Part shown: piece by piece, positions 62,309 through 64,000 of the stretch
Position numbering within the stretch: position 1 is the first letter of the stretch
Layout: every line of letters begins with the position of its first letter
Assembly: GCA_021414025.1 (NCBI GenBank)
Contig: JAIOPG010000007.1
Coordinates: 54,008-118,007 of the forward strand
Source: Planctomycetota bacterium
Lineage (GTDB): Bacteria > Planctomycetota > Phycisphaerae > Phycisphaerales > SM1A02
Reading direction: 5' to 3'
DNA length: 64,000 nt
Notes under the pieces: generated by a model
What the model was told of the DNA's origin: nothing
The model's input: only the letters and a program-made list of their open reading frames with translations
The model's database searches: none
Made by a program: the position numbers and the translations under genes

Positions 62309-63592
62309 ATGCCCCAGGAGACACCGGCGGATTCCCCCGAGGAAAAACGCAAAGAATCGAACGACCTTCCGGAGGTCGGCGGCGGCTTCTCCGCGACCAC
62401 CAGCGATCCGCCGCTCTCCAGCGTGGAATCCACCGACGCCCGCAGCGGCCGCTTCATGATGCAGGCGGTGCGGTTTCTGTTCATCGTGCTTCTGGTCTGC
62501 CTGACGTTGCTCACCGTGAGCAGCGTGAAGACCACGTTCGATTTCAGCTTCTCCATGATCGCTGGATTGGTGATCGCGACGGTGGCGGTCGGCGTGCTGG
62601 TGGTGGTGATCGACGCGCTGACCCCCAACAAGCGGATGGCGGGCGTGGTCGGCATCTACATCGGCGTCTGCTTCGGGCTGGTCGGCGCCGTGGCCTTCGG
62701 CGCGTTGCTGGACACGGTGGCCAATGCCTGGGAAATCGGCGACGCCACGGTGAAGATCTACTTGAACCTGAGCAAGTCGGTCGTCGGCCTGATCATCTGC
62801 TACTTCAGCGTGAGCGTGGTGCTCAACACCAAGGACGACTTCCGCCTGGTGATTCCCTACGTGGAGTTCAGCCGCACGCGCCGCGGCGTGCGCCCCTGGC
62901 TGGTGGACACCAGCGTGCTCATCGACGGCCGCATCATTCCGCTCTCCAACACGAAGCTGCTCGACGCACCGCTGGTCATCGCCAATTTCGTGGTGGACGA
63001 GCTGCAGCGCCTGGCCGACAGCTCCGACCGGTCCAAGCGCACGCGCGGGCGGCGCGGCCTGGAGAACCTGATCAAGCTGCGCGAGAACGCCTGGACCGAG
63101 GTCTCGCTGCAGAACTTCCGCGTCTCCGGCCTGAGCGTGGACCGCCTGCTGCTTGAGGCCGCACAGGGGGACGGGCTGCGCATTCTCACCACCGACTCGA
63201 ACCTGGAGTCGGTGGGCAAGATCCAGGGGGTGACCATCGTCAACATCGGCACCATGGTGGCGTCGCTGCGTCCAACCTTCGGCGTGGGCGATGTGGTGAC
63301 GGTGGCGATCATCAAGGCGGGCGAGGCCGCCGGCCAGGGCGTGGGCTATCTGCCCGATGGAACCATGGTGGTGGTCGAGGACGCGGTGAATCGCATCGGA
63401 GCGACGGTGGATGCGACGGTCGGAAACTCCGTGCAGACCAACGCGGGGCGATTGCTTTTCGCCAAGCTCGAGGGCCCGGCCCCCGCGACGCGGGCCAGCA
63501 TGGCCGCGGCGGCGACGCATCAGCCAAGGGAGCCGCATGTCCCGGCGTCCAGCAGCGAGCCCGATCCAAGGCGCAATCCGCGGCGCGGCTGA
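62309..63592 (+). CDS. Integral membrane PIN/TRAM-domain protein (YacL-like)
   Basis: Four N-terminal TM helices, a PIN-domain start WLVDTSVLIDGRI, and a C-terminal TRAM-like GDVVTVAIIKAGEAAGQGVGYLPDGTMVVVEDA. Confidence 0.78.
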   Translation: MPQETPADSPEEKRKESNDLPEVGGGFSATTSDPPLSSVESTDARSGRFMMQAVRFLFIVLLVCLTLLTVSSVKTTFDFSFSMIAGLVIATVAVGVLVVVIDALTPNKRMAGVVGIYIGVCFGLVGAVAFGALLDTVANAWEIGDATVKIYLNLSKSVVGLIICYFSVSVVLNTKDDFRLVIPYVEFSRTRRGVRPWLVDTSVLIDGRIIPLSNTKLLDAPLVIANFVVDELQRLADSSDRSKRTRGRRGLENLIKLRENAWTEVSLQNFRVSGLSVDRLLLEAAQGDGLRILTTDSNLESVGKIQGVTIVNIGTMVASLRPTFGVGDVVTVAIIKAGEAAGQGVGYLPDGTMVVVEDAVNRIGATVDATVGNSVQTNAGRLLFAKLEGPAPATRASMAAAATHQPREPHVPASSSEPDPRRNPRRG

Positions 63593-63654
63593 ACGATGGT
63601 TTCAATGGCGAATCAAAACGACTGCTGCGTGTCAGCGCCGCTGAGTTTTTGAAA

Positions 63655-64000
63655 TCACGCGGCGGCGCGGAGCGAAATCATCGCTTCGGCAAGAGCTCGC
63701 ACCTGCTGCGGCGAGACCGCGGTCGCGGGCTGACGGATCGCCTGCTCGAGCACATCCAGCGAGCGGTTGGGCAGCACGGCAAGAATCCGCGAGGCCGCCC
63801 AGGGCTCCAGCTCCAGCATCAGCGTGGCCACCTCCTGGCGCGACGAGGGCGCCGACTCGAGGCGCTCTACCAGCGAAGCCGCGATCAGCGCCGGCCTTTC
63901 CGCGACCCCCGTGTGCAGGGCCAGGGCGAGCGGCTCGCTCCAGAGCTCCGGCTTGGCGATCGGCAGGTTCGATGTCAGCGCCAGCGGCGGGTAGTGATGG
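63655..64000 (-). CDS. Partial CDS (C-terminal end only), unknown function
   Basis: Not in the track because there is no start in the window. The minus-strand frame reads ...LPIAKPELWSEPLALALHTGVAERPALIAASLVERLESAPSSRQEVATLMLELEPWAASRILAVLPNRSLDVLEQAIRQPATAVSPQQVRALAEAMISLRAAA*, with the stop at 63655-63657. It has high GC3. The helical-repeat pattern is reminiscent of MgtE-N/FliG-like domains. Confidence 0.45.
   Translation of the reverse strand, partial: HHYPPLALTSNLPIAKPELWSEPLALALHTGVAERPALIAASLVERLESAPSSRQEVATLMLELEPWAASRILAVLPNRSLDVLEQAIRQPATAVSPQQVRALAEAMISLRAAA

Overview
High-GC (by eye about 65%) bacterial chromosomal window. It is densely packed with housekeeping genes on both strands: about 55 CDS and 4 tRNAs. 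I found no rRNA, CRISPR array, transposase or integrase. The gene content suggests, as inference only, a Planctomycetota/Phycisphaerae-like organism: a 1351-aa SecA, type III glutamine synthetase, a DUF1080 lipoprotein, hpnCDE squalene genes, and secreted proteins ending in Asp-rich dockerin-like G-P-C modules.

Recognisable blocks:
- trpA (partial), tRNA-CAT, M48 peptidase, copA-like ATPase, secA.
- tRNA-Lys, small membrane proteins, a thioredoxin-like protein, a PAP2 phosphatase.
- tRNA-Val, gltX, glnN, tig, clpX, rpmB, dnaG-rpoD, tRNA-Leu, a cysteine desulfurase.
- gabD-like, recA, UDP-xylose synthase, anmK.
- A complete phoB-phoR-pstSCAB-phoU cluster.
- An S8 peptidase, mgtE, a GNAT acetyltransferase.
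- queG, hpnE, hpnD, hpnC, rpoN, recR and dnaX, all on the minus strand.
- A PIN/TRAM membrane protein.

Most interesting locus (27656-32730, minus strand): a four-gene operon with two roughly 80-90 aa WXG100-like helical proteins. Both carry W-(R/K)-D-Q instead of W-x-G. They are joined by a 209-aa partner and a 1291-aa membrane-anchored FtsK/SpoIIIE ATPase with three P-loop-like domains. This is a minimal type VII secretion-like system in a non-Firmicute, non-Actinobacterial context.

Second notable signal: an A10-G slippery run inside dnaX with TAG stops in both alternative frames immediately downstream. This is the classic signature of gamma/tau production by frameshifting or transcriptional slippage.

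All functional calls come from motif recognition in the supplied translations. No database search was run.
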